Origin: Camelus ferus | Lineage: Eukaryota | DNA: 64,000 nucleotides | Assembly (NCBI RefSeq): GCF_009834535.1 | Contig: NC_045697.1 | Coordinates: 2,296,001-2,360,000, forward strand | Reading direction: 5' to 3' | Shown here: one piece after another, positions 46,390 through 59,290 of the stretch | Numbering within the stretch: position 1 is the stretch's first letter | Layout: every line of letters starts with the position of its first letter | The notes under the pieces: generated by a model | What the model was told of the DNA's origin: nothing | Databases searched by the model: none | Seen by the model: only the letters and a program-made list of their open reading frames with translations | Position numbers and translations under genes: made by a program

Positions 46390-46608
46390 CCGAGTTATCA
46401 GATCACTGTTTGCTCCCTCCTTACCTCCTCAGGTCAGCTCCATGGGACAGAAACCTGTCAGGCCAGCTCATTCCCATTTCCCCAGAACCTGGACAGGGTC
46501 TGGCCCGCAGCAGAAGCTCAAGATGTGTTTAGTAAATGGATGGATGGATGGATAATGGGTGGGTGGTGGGTGGATGATGGAGGGATGGGTGGATGGGTTG
46601 ATGGATGA
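46390..46608 (+). mobile_element. L2 3' end with expanded (GGAT)n tail
   Basis: AGCTCCATGGGACAG...TCCCCAGAACCTGGACAG...AAGCTCAAGATGTGTTTAGTAAATGGATGGATGGATGG. Confidence 0.8.
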
Positions 46609-47379
46609 GCACAACCCCAAGTGCCAGGCCCTGGCGGTGGTGCTTTCAGACCACTCCGTCTCGGCGCCTTGCCCAGCTGTTGGAGATGGTGGCTCTGTTT
46701 GATCACCCACCTCCCGGGTGTGTGTGATGAGAAGCGTTGCACGTTTGACACCAGACTCGCTCTGAGCAGTGAGGCTGCTGCTTTAGGGGACACCCCGGCA
46801 CAGATCCACTCACCATGGGGTCCTGGGGTCACCATGGGGGCGCTGCTCCTGAGAGCAGGTCTCTGGCTAGTGTCTGTGACCTCAGCCAGGCCTGACTCAC
46901 CGGGATGTCCTCCCTCCCCCCTGGGGTGGGAGGGTTCTGGTTCCAGTGAGCTTCCGGCTGGGGTCTTCACAGCATAGCCAGAAAGTCATGCTGTGGTCTT
47001 TGGGCAGCTTCCGGGAGGAAATCACACGATCGAATTTATGGCTGAGAACAAGCCCTTCCCTCCCCACCTGCACACCTAGGCAGGTGTCAGGGAGAGAGGA
47101 CAAGCGCCAGGCCACGCCCCCAACAGGGGGAAGGCTGCGGTGGGGGCAGTACCCTCTCCCTGGACAGCAGAACCTGCTGCCCCTCCTCCAGCTCTCTGTG
47201 CTCCTCCCTCCCCCAGCTACCTGGCGCACACTCCCCACCTGGGCTGCCTGTCAGACTCCTCTGCAGACGTCAAAACCCAGAAGGCCGTCCCTGAACCAGA
47301 GTGGGGACTAGGTCTTTTCTCCCCTGCTATCCCCACGCAGGGCAGACCCTCAGGGATGATTCCCTGAGGGACAGACTCT

Positions 47380-47484
47380 CCCACTTACCAATGAGGAAAC
47401 TGAGGCCACACATAGAGCATCAGACTTCAAATTGCACAAACCCTGGCAGCTGGTCCTGAGATTCAGGGCTCCTGAGTCCAAGCC
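47380..47484 (-). mobile_element. MIR core
   Basis: CCCACTTACCAATGAGGAAACTGAGGC...GATTCAGGGCTCCTGAGTCCAAGCC. Confidence 0.6.
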
Positions 47485-47486
47485 TG

Positions 47487-47780
47487 TGTGACGGTCAGTT
47501 ATGTGTCAGCTTGGCCAGGTCGTAATCCCCAGTGATTCAAACACTCATCCAGGTGTTGCTGCGAAGGTATTTCGTAACTGCGTTGACTTCTACAACCTTC
47601 AGGTGACCAGGAGAGGCCCAACACCCTGGGGAGGGCTGTCTGCTTTACTCAAGCTGCTGACCCAAAAGCTAAGATCATCCAGAAACTGCCTGGCAGACAC
47701 ATGCAGAGTCATGTTGGCCAAATGTCAGACCACCCCTCAGGTGGGCAGATACCGTTAACCACCACTCTTACAAACACTGA
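47487..47780 (+). mobile_element. MLT2 (ERVL) LTR fragment, MLT2D-like
   Basis: TGTGACGGTCAGTTATGTGTCAGCTTGGCCAGG...CCCAGTGATTCAAACACT.ATCCAGGTGTTGCTGCGAAGGTATTT. Confidence 0.8.
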
Positions 47781-48109
47781 GAGCTGCCCCCCTGGTTTGG
47801 GGCCTCACTCTCTAGTCTTGTCCCCAGTTCCTCCACTTCACCGAGCCTCAGTTTCCCTCCTTGCACAGAGGAGTGTTGTGTGGCCCCAGCACAGGCCCCG
47901 GAACCCCCGGGCTCTGTCTTGGCAGACAGCAGCGGTTAGTCTGATGGTGAAGGGCTGCTGAGGCCCAGAGAGGGCAGATGCTCCCCCAAGATCACACAGC
48001 AGGTCCCTCATGCAGGCACCAGGCTGTCCCATCAACTGGGCTGGGCGTGTCGCTGGGTCTCAGCCCATCTCCTGGCCTCGGCACAGGGTGCCTGTGGTTT
48101 TTACCTCAG

Positions 48110-48260
48110 CAGCGCTGCATGCAGCACCTGGAAAACCACTTTCTTATGTCTTCTCAACTGCCTCCCTGACAACCTGGGGGAAGAGATGATTCCATTTCAC
48201 AGATGGGGAGACTGAGGTGAGTGGGAGGGATTCATCCAGGGTCCCAGCAACCCATGGATA
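48110..48260 (-). mobile_element. MIR
   Basis: GACAACCTGG...TCCATTTCACAGATGGGGAGACTGAGG...CCAGGGTCCCAGC. Confidence 0.75.
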
Positions 48261-48374
48261 CAGATCCAGCCTCGGTCAGATTTTCTGCCCCCTGGGCCTC
48301 TGCTCAACCTCTTCCCCCTTCCTGTGTCCTATGGCAGGGAGGGGGGTCTGGGAACCTCCATTCAAGCCTGCCTC

Positions 48375-48500
48375 TGCGTGTGTGTGCCTGTCTGCCGGGA
48401 GTGTGCACGTGTGCTGGCGAGTGTGCAAGCGCCAGTGTGAGCCGTAAGTGTGCACATGTGAGTGCAGATGCACGTGCTGTGTATGCCTGTGTGCGCACGC
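48375..48500. repeat. Degenerate (TG)n tract
   Basis: Seen directly. Confidence 0.75.
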
Positions 48501-50709
48501 CCCTGTGACTGGGGCAGGGATGGAACTGCTCCTTTGAGCTGTGAGCGCACTGTGAATCCATAGTTGGTTATTTTGACCGAAACTTGAACTCCACACCAAG
48601 GTTCACTAGCCTTTGCTTCAAAAGAAGTTTCCTGAAGGAACAAAAACAAGCCAATGAACAAACTTGAAAGCACCGAGAAAAGGCTCAGGGCAGCCGTGGC
48701 TGGCTCACAGCTGCTGGCAGATCAGAAGCAGGTGGTCCGCGTGATGGGAGTCGTACACGGGACTCTGAAAGAGAGCTGGAAGCCGGTCCGGGTGGCCAGG
48801 TGTGCCATGCATCTGCCAAAATCCCTCGGGGCTGGTGGCATCTCAGCTGTGGAGCCTGGGTCCTGTGTTGTGCAGAGAAGCCGGAGCCAGGAAGCCCACA
48901 AGCCAGCTTGCCCCTCTGAGCACCCAGAGGCCCTGAGAGGTGGTGTCCTGTCCCTCCATGTGCACGGCGGCTGCCGTGAGCTTGGACATGGCTGAGCAGG
49001 GATTTGACCTAGGATGGCGGTCCCCAAGGCCTGGGCCCGCCCCTGTATCCCACAAGGCCCCGTCTCAGTGGCCCCCACTGCTCAGGCCCCACTGGATGTC
49101 CACAAGTCCTGGACTGCTCAGCCCTTCCTGCAAGGAGCCTTCGCACAGCCTGTTCCCTCTGGCGGGAACTCCCTCCCCGACCTCCCTGGTCTCAGTCCAG
49201 AGCCTGAGGTAGGGGTTAGGGCCCCTGGCTTATGTGGGAGGCGCAGTCTCAGGATAAAGGAGGGAGGAAGGAGGGAGGGGAGGCTGGGGAGGAAGGGGAG
49301 CAGTGCCAAGCTGTCACCACCCTGGCTGTCACTGTGGATGAGATGCCAGAGCCACATGGGGCGTCTCCAGACAAGTCACAATCGCTCTGTGGGGGCTTAA
49401 CCTCGGGTGCATCACCCGCCCCTTTGGCAGAGGCTTGGGAAATGTGACCCTGAGCGCTGCGGCCCTCTGCCTGAGTCTGAAGGTGGTGGAAGCTTCTGGA
49501 GGTTCCAGGGTGTGAGACAGGTCAGCCCCAGGCCACGTGGCTGCAGGAAGCTGGTCAGCAGAGGCAGGAGCAGCGGGGAAGCAGAGAGGCTGAGGGTCCA
49601 GGGGCGGTGATGTCCCCCAGGGGCTACTCCTGATCAACCCCCTGCCCTGGCCATCCTGCCCTGGAGCCCCCTGAGGTCAGCTGGCCTTGCACCAGCTAGT
49701 TTTCCTGGAACCAGGCTCTGCCCTACGGGAGGGCTCTTTGCTCTTGGTAACCGGCCTCACGCCCAGCGGATGCCCCCGTTAGCCTCGGTCCGGCTCCTCC
49801 CCCGCCCTGGGAGCTCCGAGCCGCCAGCCAGTGTTCCGTGCTCCCCGCTCTTGGCGAGCAGATGAAAACTCTAAATGAAGCGAGTGGACGGCTGGGCCTC
49901 AGCCTGATCTCAGGGTAGAGCTCAGGTCACGTTGCTCCTTGCCCAGAGCTGTCCCGTTTGGTCCAGCGCTGAAGGTGTGGGACAGGCTCCCATTCCAGGT
50001 GCATCAACACAGGGCGCACGTGCGCACGCGCGCAGAGTGGAGAAAGCGTCTTGGCGCCGGGTCTGCGGCGCTGGCCGCACCCGCCCCCCTGCGCTGGGTT
50101 ACATCTGGGCTGTACCCAGGCAGGAGCCCCGCCCCCTCCTTGAGCCTGGAGAGTGAACACTAATAACCTTGGGAGGGCACAGCTCCTCCAACCCAGTGGC
50201 CACACACTGCTCGTCTGCCCCATCCTGGTCCCCGTGGAGCGTCAGGAGCCCTGTCCTCGCTCGGTTGCTTGGTTTTAAACAACAAAGGCAGGTTGGGGCT
50301 TCACAGTGGCTGAGACGACCCCATTGGTGGCATCTGGAGGCTCTGATGGGTCATCCGAACAGATGGGTCCAGAGAGGAGCAGATGCGCTGGACCAGACAC
50401 GGGGTGACCGCGGGAGGCCGGCCGTCTGAGACCCCGTGGGAGGCGGCACTTCCCCGCCAGCGCTGTGCAGCCCCAGGAGCTCACCTGGGGAGGAGCCCCC
50501 AGGCCCCAGGCCAGTTGCAGACGGGGCCGCCGTCCCTCCCGCTGACTCGGCTTCTGAGAGGAGCCTTCGGGGGTCCGGGGGCTGCTCCCGACGTGTGTGA
50601 AGTGGGTCCCCGTGGCGCACACGGGTGCCAGTCACCCTCCCTTCAAGCAGGGAGTGCTTGTCTGGCTGTGAGCAGGTGGTCAGCTGACAGTGTCCCCCTG
50701 GAGTGGGCT

Positions 50710-51075
50710 GGCTGGTGTCCACCCCCAACTCATAGCCACTCAGAACCTCAGGGTGTGGAACAGGCCTTAGCGGCCGAGAACAGCTGAGATGCGGTCACTG
50801 CGCTGGGTGGGCCCTACATCCCCTGACTGGTACCCTTGTAAGAACGGAGGACACACACAGGGAGGGGCCCCATGACCATGGAGGATTGCTCAGAGTGGTC
50901 TGGCCAGGAGCCCAGGAACACCAAGAATGCCGGCCGACACCAGGATTGGAAGGGACAAGGAAGAACCCTCCCCGGAGCCTCAGAGGGAGGCAGCCCCGCC
51001 TGCACGTGGATTTTGAACTTTCAGCCTCCAGGCTGCTGTGTGAAGCCAGCCAGCTGCGACCCTCACAAGCAAGGG
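50710..51075 (+). mobile_element. MLT1B-like LTR
   Basis: GAACCTCAG...GGGTGGGCCCTACATCC..TGACTGGT.CCCTTGTAAGAA...GAGCCTCAGAGGGAG...GATTTTGAACTTTCAGCCTCCAG. Confidence 0.8.
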
Positions 51076-52929
51076 GAGTGGGCGGGGGGCCGTGGGGGTC
51101 CGTGCGCCTGCCTCTCTCCTCCTTGGCCCAGCCCGAGGTGCGCCTGGGGCCCCTCGAGTCTGACAGTCTGCACCCTGTGGGGACCTCCCTCCAGCCCTGG
51201 TGGTTGAGTGAATGAATGAGTGAATGGATGACACACCCGGAGGACGCACGCTGGGGCCCTGCAGGCCAGCCTGGCCTCAGACTTACATTTACAGTGTCAG
51301 CAAAATGAATGGGTTTAAACCAGGAAATTACTGGGACCAAAACACACCACAGGCCTCTAGTAACAGCTCTGGGGTCCTGCACCCTGGGCCTCTCCACCCC
51401 CTTCCTCCCTCCCTGCACGGCCCAGTGGGGGCCCGAGGAGCTGCCCCAAGGAGAACCTTCCCTTCCCCACGGTCCTGCACCTGCCAGTGGGGCCGCGCCT
51501 TAGCCAGGTGCTGTCCTGAGTGAAGGGCCAGCCCGTGGCGAAGCTGACAGTGACCCCAGGGCCACACTGCCGGGTACTCCAGGCCATGTGGATGCCCACC
51601 TGCAGGGTTAGTATGGCTCTGCAGCGGCTGAGTCCTGTTCCATCGGCACGGCGCTCTGTCCCCTCTTCCAGCGCCCCCAGATCCTCAGCTGTCGGCCTGC
51701 ACTGCACCGGCTCAGCTTCCAGGAAGACCAGAGGCCCGGATTAGATCCTGGGATGCCCAGCTCAGCTCACCCTGCCTCCCCCCACCTTCCAGCCTCGAGA
51801 AAATGTCCGTGTCAGTTGGTCGGGGCTTGAGGGCCATCTGGGGAGCCCGCGTCCAGCCTGGACTTAAGGGAGGGCTAGGTGGGCTGGGACGCAGTCATTC
51901 CCATCACTGCGGGTGCAGGCGCGCAGGTGGGCAGGTGGGCAGGGCCCCCTCAGGGGAGGCTGCCGAGGGGAGGATCCAGTTCGGAACTGCCACATGATGA
52001 GGGGTATGGTTACCTCCTCGCGGGGTCCTGTGAGGGGTCAATCCGTGAACCCGGGCCGGGCACAGAGGGAGGCCCACAGCGGGGCTGCTGTGGGGGTCAG
52101 GCTCCCTGCCTCGGTTCCCCTGCACACTCAGGGCGTGGCGCCAGGGGACCAGTCCTGCACATCCTTCTCTCTGCACTGGTGCTCAACCTCCTCTCGGGGC
52201 TCTGGGGCACACAGAACATCTCCAGGGCCCCTGAGAGGTGTGTGTCCTGGCTTTGGGATCAACCCAAACTGGGCTTAATTCCCTGGAGCGGCCATCTGGC
52301 TCCGAGCACTGGGGGAATTTTCCAGCGTCCCTGGGGAGCTGGGCCATTCTGCAGGCTGTATCACGCGTATCTGTCGTTCCTTCCGCTCTCCTGGCAGGGG
52401 CTCCAGGGCCCTTCTGGGCTCCCATTCCTTGCGGGAGGTGGGCGTCTGGCCTGGGGAGGCTGCGAGGGGCAGGGATGGACCGGGGCCTCCAAGCTCCGAT
52501 TCCAGCCATGCTTGGCTGCCTCTGCTGGGCCAGGCCCCGCAGAGCTGCAGAGTCATGAACAGGAGGGAACATTCCAGAGGGTGTCCCCAACCTCAGGGAA
52601 GCACCTGCTGGGGACTCTGCCTGGGCCTTGGGGCTCTGCAGGGCGGGTGTCGTGTGGCCGTTACCACTGCTGCTTCTAGAACCTGTGGGAAAGGATGTGT
52701 TCAGCCCATGCCTTTGCTGAGACCCCACTGTGTGCAGGAAACCCAACAGGAGTGACCACAATGTGGGGTCACTGCTCTGAACGAGGGGGACCCTGGGAAA
52801 CACGCAAAGGCACCTGGTCCAGCCCTGTTGGAACTCAGTCTTGAAGGCAAAGTTGACACTGCACATCTGAAGGAGGAGGAGGGGGAAGGGTGTTACAGAC
52901 AAGGAACAGCATGAGCAGCCGCTTAGAAG

Positions 52930-53065
52930 GCTCCTCGATCCACAGCGACATTGCACACAGATGAAACGCGGATCCCGGGGCCCACTCCAGGCTCCGGGAC
53001 CAGAGCTGCTACAGCGGGTGTCTGGGAGTCTGCATTTTTAGCGAACACTGCAGGTTCTCTTTGAA
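52930..53065. mobile_element. MER5-like hAT-Charlie fragment
   Basis: AAACGCGGATCCCGGGGCCCACTCCAG...GAGTCTGCATTTTTAGC..ACAC..CAGGTT. Confidence 0.5.
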
Positions 53066-54269
53066 GTAACACCAATAACTCAAATGCCACAGTCAGCCAC
53101 CCCCACCCGCCAGGGGCCCCAGCTCCAGATTCCTCAAAGATATCCGCTGACCCCACCCTCCACTTCAGGGACTTGCCCAGACACCCGGAACCTTCTTAGA
53201 AGGGGGTCAGCCCCCCGACCTTTGTCAGGGCCCCACCCTCTCCCCTGGGCACCTTCTTGGACCGGTGGGGCAGGGGGTCCCCGACACCCCGCCGTGTCGT
53301 CCCAACCCCGGGCCTTAGGCTCACTGTCCAGGGGGCCTGGATGTTCTAGGGACGTCCCACTGCCTGGCGCCCCACAGTGACTCCTGACGCAGGCTGGGAA
53401 CTCTGGGGCCCTTGGGAGGTTGTGTGACAACAGGACTGCCTGCTCCCTGACCCGGGGAGAAACCTCCCTGCTAGGAAGGGCTTCTGCCAGCCATACTGGG
53501 CCCTCGGATTCCCACAGGCAGCTGGTGAGTTTGGGGGAAGTATGTGCAGGGCTGGGAGCTGCGGCCGCCGGGCCAGTGTCTCAGCACGAGCTCAGACAGC
53601 GGGTGCGGGCCGGCAGGGCCCGGGGCATGCTGAGTGGGCCCTGGAGACGGCCTGTGGAAGAGCTATGTCCAATTTCTGCATCCTGAGTGGGCGGTGGCCT
53701 CTGTCCTCTGACCAGCAGACAGGACTCTGAGGACCCCCCGGGCCAGCAGTTCTCCCTCCTTGGGGCAGGGACCAGGAGGCGTTTCTGAAACTCTGTCCTT
53801 AGAGCAATTCACACAATTGCTTTCTAGTCCCAGATTTGGGAAGGGTTCCACTTGTCACCAGGTAAAGAAATTATCTGCAGTCCCGGGTCCCTCCATTCCT
53901 GTCTGCGGCCTCAGATGTCTCACCAGAACCGCCAGCCTCCTTCCCGCCGGCAGGTCCTCGCTGGTCTCCGTCTCCCCACTGGACCGCATCTCCGACCCAT
54001 CTGTCCACACCCACCCAGGCCTCCTTCAGACCAGCACCTGGTCCAGGCAGGGCCCTGGGTCTCCTTCCCTCCGCTCTCGCTGGGTGTGGCCACGCTGGCA
54101 CCACTGAAACCAGGGTCGAGGGCGCTGGCCCCCAGCAGTGAGCCGAGCTGAGCCCAGGGGGTCTTGGGGGGGGGGACCCTGGGCTTGGGTGCTCTTTCCA
54201 GGCAGAAACCACACGACCGAGGAAACCAATGCTCCTGACCAGCCACTGAGTCAGCACACGCACCCACGC

Positions 54270-55760
54270 CCCGTGCTGTATCTTACGTTTCGTTTCAGTG
54301 AAGCAGTATGTCCAAAAAGTCAAATCACTCTTCAAGGTGTATCATAAAAGCGTCTGCCTCCCTGCCTGCCCCAGGAAGCAAAGACTCTCAGCTTTCCGTC
54401 CGTTTGGGGTCTGGTTTGCTCTACTCTGTCTGGCGCGTCTGTTCCCAGGTGACGCGTCATTCTGCCTTATGCTGGTCTGTCCACTTTAGATCCCAGCCCT
54501 TGACTTCTCTGTGGACAGATGTGCAAGTTGAATTCTCTCAGAGGCCCCACCTCCCCATGCAGGGAAATCACATTTTGGATTAAATGACTGTTCAATATGA
54601 ATCAACTTATCAACCTATGGCTTAAATCTTTTTAGTCAAGTTCATCAACACATCAGTTCTTTACTCAAATCCCCACTGTGTCTCATCAGCAATCCTCCCC
54701 CTCTCCCCGAGGTGAGCTGCAGACACCCCCTGGGGGGTACGTTCACATTTTCTCGTGTTTCCATCACCAGTTCCTGAACTTTTCACCAAAGCGTACATGA
54801 TTTCACTGTCCTTTGTGCTTCACGCGGCAAGTGGCTTGTCCCGCCCCTCTTTCTCTCTGGAAACATCCGTCGGGAAGACGCCTTCTCTCCCCTGCTCCCA
54901 GCTGCTCAGTCTCTTTCCTGCGATGACCCCCGTTTCCTAGATCCCAAGTCTGCCTGCTTGTGGTTTCAGCATCTCCTTTGGTGCCGCACGTCCTCTGAGA
55001 GGTCCTGGCCAGGGGCACAGGGGCCAGGCATCCTCTGAGTACCGGAGAGTCCCTGTCTGGCCCCGGCACCAGGAGGTGGGGCGGGGAGCTGCTGTGGAAT
55101 TTGGGTGCCTGTGAACTTTCTCGGCCACGGGCGCTCTGCCCTCCCCAGCTTCCAGGATGCAGCTGAGAAGTTCTAGTGCATTCTGATTCCTTGTCTTCTT
55201 TTGTGACCTACTTCTGTTTCCCTGCAGCGAGATTTCACCAGGATGCGCTTAGGGGCTCTGTGGCATGCCTGTGCCGAGCGCTCAGAGGCCTGTGAACCGG
55301 ACTGATGGTCTTCATGCCGGAACGTGGGTCAGAGTCGTTTCTTTGCTGCCAGTCTCCCTGCCCTCCCTCATCCCGCGTCCGTGCTCCCGGGGACGGTCCT
55401 CCAGTGCGCGCATCCCTGTCTCTGCCCCACCTGCTCTCTCTCTGAATCCCTGTTCTCGCGTCACCCTGTGTCCTCACTGTTACTTTCTCCATCTTCCACC
55501 GCCAGCTAATTAACGTGCAGGAATGTTTGTTGTCTGCCGAGCGCTCGTTTCTACGGGGCATGGTCTTACTCTGTGGTGGCACCATCTCTTCTCGTCTGCA
55601 AGCCTCGCTCTCTTCTTCCGGGAGTTCCTCTCCTCCCTGTTTATTCCCAGTTCCCTTGGCAGTTGGGGTTTGCGTTTCTGTCTTTCTTGCTGGAGGCCCT
55701 CTCTGATGTTGGAGCCCCAGGGTCTGCGATGGTCCGTCGTACGGTGATCAGGTTCTGTGA
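54270..55760 (-). mobile_element. Ancient L1ME/HAL1 fragments
   Basis: GAGAAGTTCTAGTGCATTCTGATTCC...TTTCACCAGGATGCG..TAGG, T-rich antisense ORF1-like stretches; highly diverged. Confidence 0.5.
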
Positions 55761-56039
55761 CCCACGATCTGATTACCTGACCCCGCGCTCCTCCCCGCCC
55801 CCCAGCGCCACCCAGAGCAGAGCCTGCTACCGCGGGCTGTTTGCTCCCTGACTCTGCCGCCTCCCACGGGCAGGGCTCTGTGCAGGGGGACGCTCTCTGC
55901 AGTGCTGTCTGTGAGCCCGAAAAGCCGGGCAAAGCTACACGTGCTTCTCCAGGGCACCCACTGCTCGTGTCTGGGTCCATCGTTGCTGGGAACACCGTGT
56001 GGTTTCAAGCGATGAGCAGGTCTGTGTCTGTTGCACGGA

Positions 56040-56272
56040 AAGCCATCCAGGATACAAGAGCAGCTTATGGAACGCCAGGTGGATTGTGAGTCCGCCGATG
56101 CTGGTGAACCTGCGTGCACATTCAGAGGTCTGTCTGGGAGGACGTTTACCAAAAAGCTAGGGGAGATTCTGGGTGGTGAGATCTGGAGTGATTTCCATTT
56201 TCTTCTTTATGCTTTTCTGTATTATCTGAATTTTTTTACTGCAGTCATGTATTGCCTTGATAATCATTTTCA
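56040..56272 (+). mobile_element. L1ME4-like 3' end
   Basis: TCTGGGTGGTGAGAT..GGAGTGATTTCCATTTTCTTCTTTATGCTTTTCTGTATT.TCTGAATTTTT...CATGTATTGC. Confidence 0.8.
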
Positions 56273-56759
56273 GGAGAATGAACAGCCTTCACTCGAATAG
56301 TTCCCTGACTGCTCCAAAGCCCAGCCGGCTCATGAAGGCGCGGCCCGCGCCTCCCCAGCTGCGCTCACTCCCGCCCCGTCACCGCCCACCTCCCCTGCGC
56401 CTGCTTGTCCCCGTGTCTGCGGGGCCTTTCTCGCCTCCGTGTCCTCCCTGTCGCCCTGCCTTCCCCCTTCTGGCTTTGCCTGTGTCGGGCGGGCCTTCCT
56501 TGGTTCCGACCCACGCGGACCGCGCAGTCTGGGTCTTCGGAGGGCGCGCGGCCCCGCTTTCCAGCCCTGCCGCGGACTTCAGCGTAGCTTCCATTTCTCT
56601 GATCTCTGTGGTGGGCTGGAAGCAGGACAGTAAGTGCAGAGAGATCTGCGGAGTTGTACCCACCAACGCCCACCCCCGGGGCCCAGCACGGCACCCAGGA
56701 CACAGCAGACGCGGGAGAGATTTGAGAATGAGGGAATCGAGGACTGAGCGCATCTTAAG

Positions 56760-57245
56760 GCAGAGGCAAGGAAAGCAAATTTGTGAGCTAGAACTTTCAT
56801 TTCTGTTCTCCCGAAGAGATAAAATAAGAATGTCCTGGAATAGTCGTGGTGTAATTTAAGTAAATGTAAAAAATCAGTTTACAGCTGAGCTCAGAATGGT
56901 TTATTTATCTGAGAAATTGGTGCTTTCCTTAACAAGTCAGTAAACGTGCTTTGGAAGGCAGGGCTAATTGCTCAGCCCTCGGGTTTTAACGCCTGTGTGT
57001 GTAAATATCTGCTCTTATTGTTAAAAGTAATGTTTAAATACATGGAAGGAATCAAGTGATGTTTACTTTCCACTTTATCTCCCTTTTGAGACAAGCTGGC
57101 TGATTGGGAGTTAATTTGTTTTGGAATGATTCAGGCTTTTTTGTTTAAGGCCCGGGAGTAAAAGGTCTCTCTTCCAAGGCATAAAATTTCCACTCTCCGT
57201 GCTGAGGGCTGCAGGCTGTTTGAAAAACAAATGCTATTAGAAACT
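56760..57245. promoter_or_regulatory. Candidate enhancer (AT-rich, repeat-free, FOX/GATA/TEAD motif cluster)
   Basis: At least four forkhead cores, three GATA sites, GGAATG, CAAGTG and TAATTG in about 480 bp within GC-rich surroundings. Confidence 0.55.
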
Positions 57246-58339
57246 GGAGGGGACCAGATTTCGTTCTTTGGATTTAACCACACGTGTCTGCTCCTGGTGT
57301 TTACGAGCCCAGGGAAGGGAACCTGGACCTTGTTTGCAGCCGTGACCCTGCGGCCCCCAGCTCACCAAGGAGCAGCCTCGTGGCTGGTGCAGACTGTCTG
57401 GGTCTTGGGTGGGGCACGGCCTTGCGGGAGCTGCTGGCTCCTGGGCTGTGGTTGGGGTCGGGGCTGGGAGGAGAAGGGGTAACCTTGACAGGTGCACAGG
57501 GCCCCGAGGGTCGGACAGGGTCTGTGACTCCAGGACATGAGTGTGCGGGGAGTGTGTTTGGTTCTTGTAGGAGGAAGCAAGGCTGAAGGAGGAATCCAGG
57601 CTTCGGTCAGCCCCCTGGGGGGCTGGGACCTGCAGGGCTGGGGGGAGTGGGAGCAGGGGAGGTCTCCTAATGCCCTGGCTCAGTGACCCTTAAGCCTTTG
57701 AGTATCAGGGATCAGCCCACCCCGGCAGCCTGGCCCATCAGGACCCACATCCTGGACGCATCCTGGGGGGATCCTGGCGGGGGGGGGGTGCCTGACAGCT
57801 TATGGGGCAGCGGGCAGGCAGAAGTCCGTCCAGAGCCCACGAGGAGGGCCTGCGGGCCTGCACCCCTTGGGTCTGTGTTCCCTCCACCCTCCTGGGTCCC
57901 AGGCAGGGGTCCAGGCCGCAGTGGAGTCAGTTAGCTAAGTAATGGGGCCAAAATGGAGTGTTTCTTCTAAAGGGCGAAACAGCCCATTTTTCTTCATCTC
58001 CAAAGCTGACAGCTTGGAATGTCCTCTGGGCACAGAGCTCTGGTGCTGGAGAAGGCCAGCGGCACTGGACAAACAGCCCGCTGTGTGCCCCGCCGGGTGT
58101 GCGTGGGGTGCGGGGGTGAGGCCGCCGCCGGCCGTCCTGGTGGCCTGGGTCACTGCTTCTCTGTGTGCGCAGCTGAGCAGACACGGGCCCCAGGTTTAGC
58201 CCCACCTTTGGACCAAATGGAGCCTGTGCTCTGGTGGTGTGACCTGGGACTCTGCACCCTGCACGTGCCCTGGTGGTCCAGGCGCACGGCATCTGAGCGT
58301 CTGGGCAGCAGTGTCACTCTGACCGATGCCTGATTTTGT

Positions 58340-58580
58340 CACGAGACAGAAAGTGCTCGAGGCCTTTGGACAGAGGTGGAGAGCTGCCCACTCGGGAGGC
58401 TGAGGCGACTGCTGGCCAGTGGGAGACCTGTCCTACCAAGGGTGGCATGTGAACGAGGTTCTGAAGGATGTGGAGTGTCACAGGCAGAGGGGACTGTGGG
58501 AAGGAGGGGCAAGGAGGGGGCTGTCCTTCCAGATGGAGGGGACAGCACAGGCCAGGCCCAGAGGTGGGGGCTGGGTGGAG
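58340..58580 (-). mobile_element. L2 fragment
   Basis: GGTGGCATGTGAAC.AGGTTCTGAAGGATG...TTCCAGATGGAGGGGACAGCA.AGGCCAGGCCCAGAGG. Confidence 0.65.
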
Positions 58581-58939
58581 AATCGGGTCTCATCACTTTG
58601 GGCTGCAGTCCACACTCCTCATGGGGAGATCACAGGAGATGGGGGACCCCAAAGAGAAGTCTTTAGGTAAAAGATGGGCTCCGAGGGAGAAGGCCCAACA
58701 GAGCCCAGTGGGTGGGGGGTGGGCAGGGGAAAGTCTCCCTGGTTTGGTGCATCTCCCACCCTGGTGGGGCAGACCCTGAGGATGCCCCCTCCCTCCTCCC
58801 TCTAGAGCCCAGGTGGGGCCCAGACCCCCAGTTGAGGCCCAGCACACTCCTTCCCTGTTTGCATCTTTTACTTTGCCTGAAGTGCCCTCCACACCCAGCC
58901 ACCCCTACTGGATGTAACAGTGTAGAACAAGTGTCACTT

Positions 58940-59290
58940 TGCATAGGTTAGCTCTGGTCTCGGTAATGCTGCGTAACAAACCATCACAACTCAGAGGCTT
59001 ACGACAGAGCATTTGGTTCTTACTCACAAGCCTGTGCTTGGCTAGGGCTTGGCTGCTTCGAGCTGAGTGCAGCTGGGGCTCCAGGCTGTGGGCTCACGTC
59101 AGCACTGCTGTGCCCGTCCCCGTCCCCCCGGGCAGGCCCTCCTCACAGGGGAGGTCAGAGGCTCCAGAAAGTTGACGTGCAGAAGCAAGTGTGGCCTCTC
59201 AAGGCTCAGACTCAGGACACAGTCTGTTCCCTCCACCCATTCTGTCGGCCAGGCCCTGGGGGAGGGAGGGGGCCTGGCCACAGGGTCACC
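58940..59290 (-). mobile_element. Old MLT1 (J/K/L-like) LTR
   Basis: ATGCTGCGTAACAAACCA...CTCAGAGGCTTACGACA..GCATTT..TTCTTACTCA...CACCCATTCTGTCGGCCA. Confidence 0.75.
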
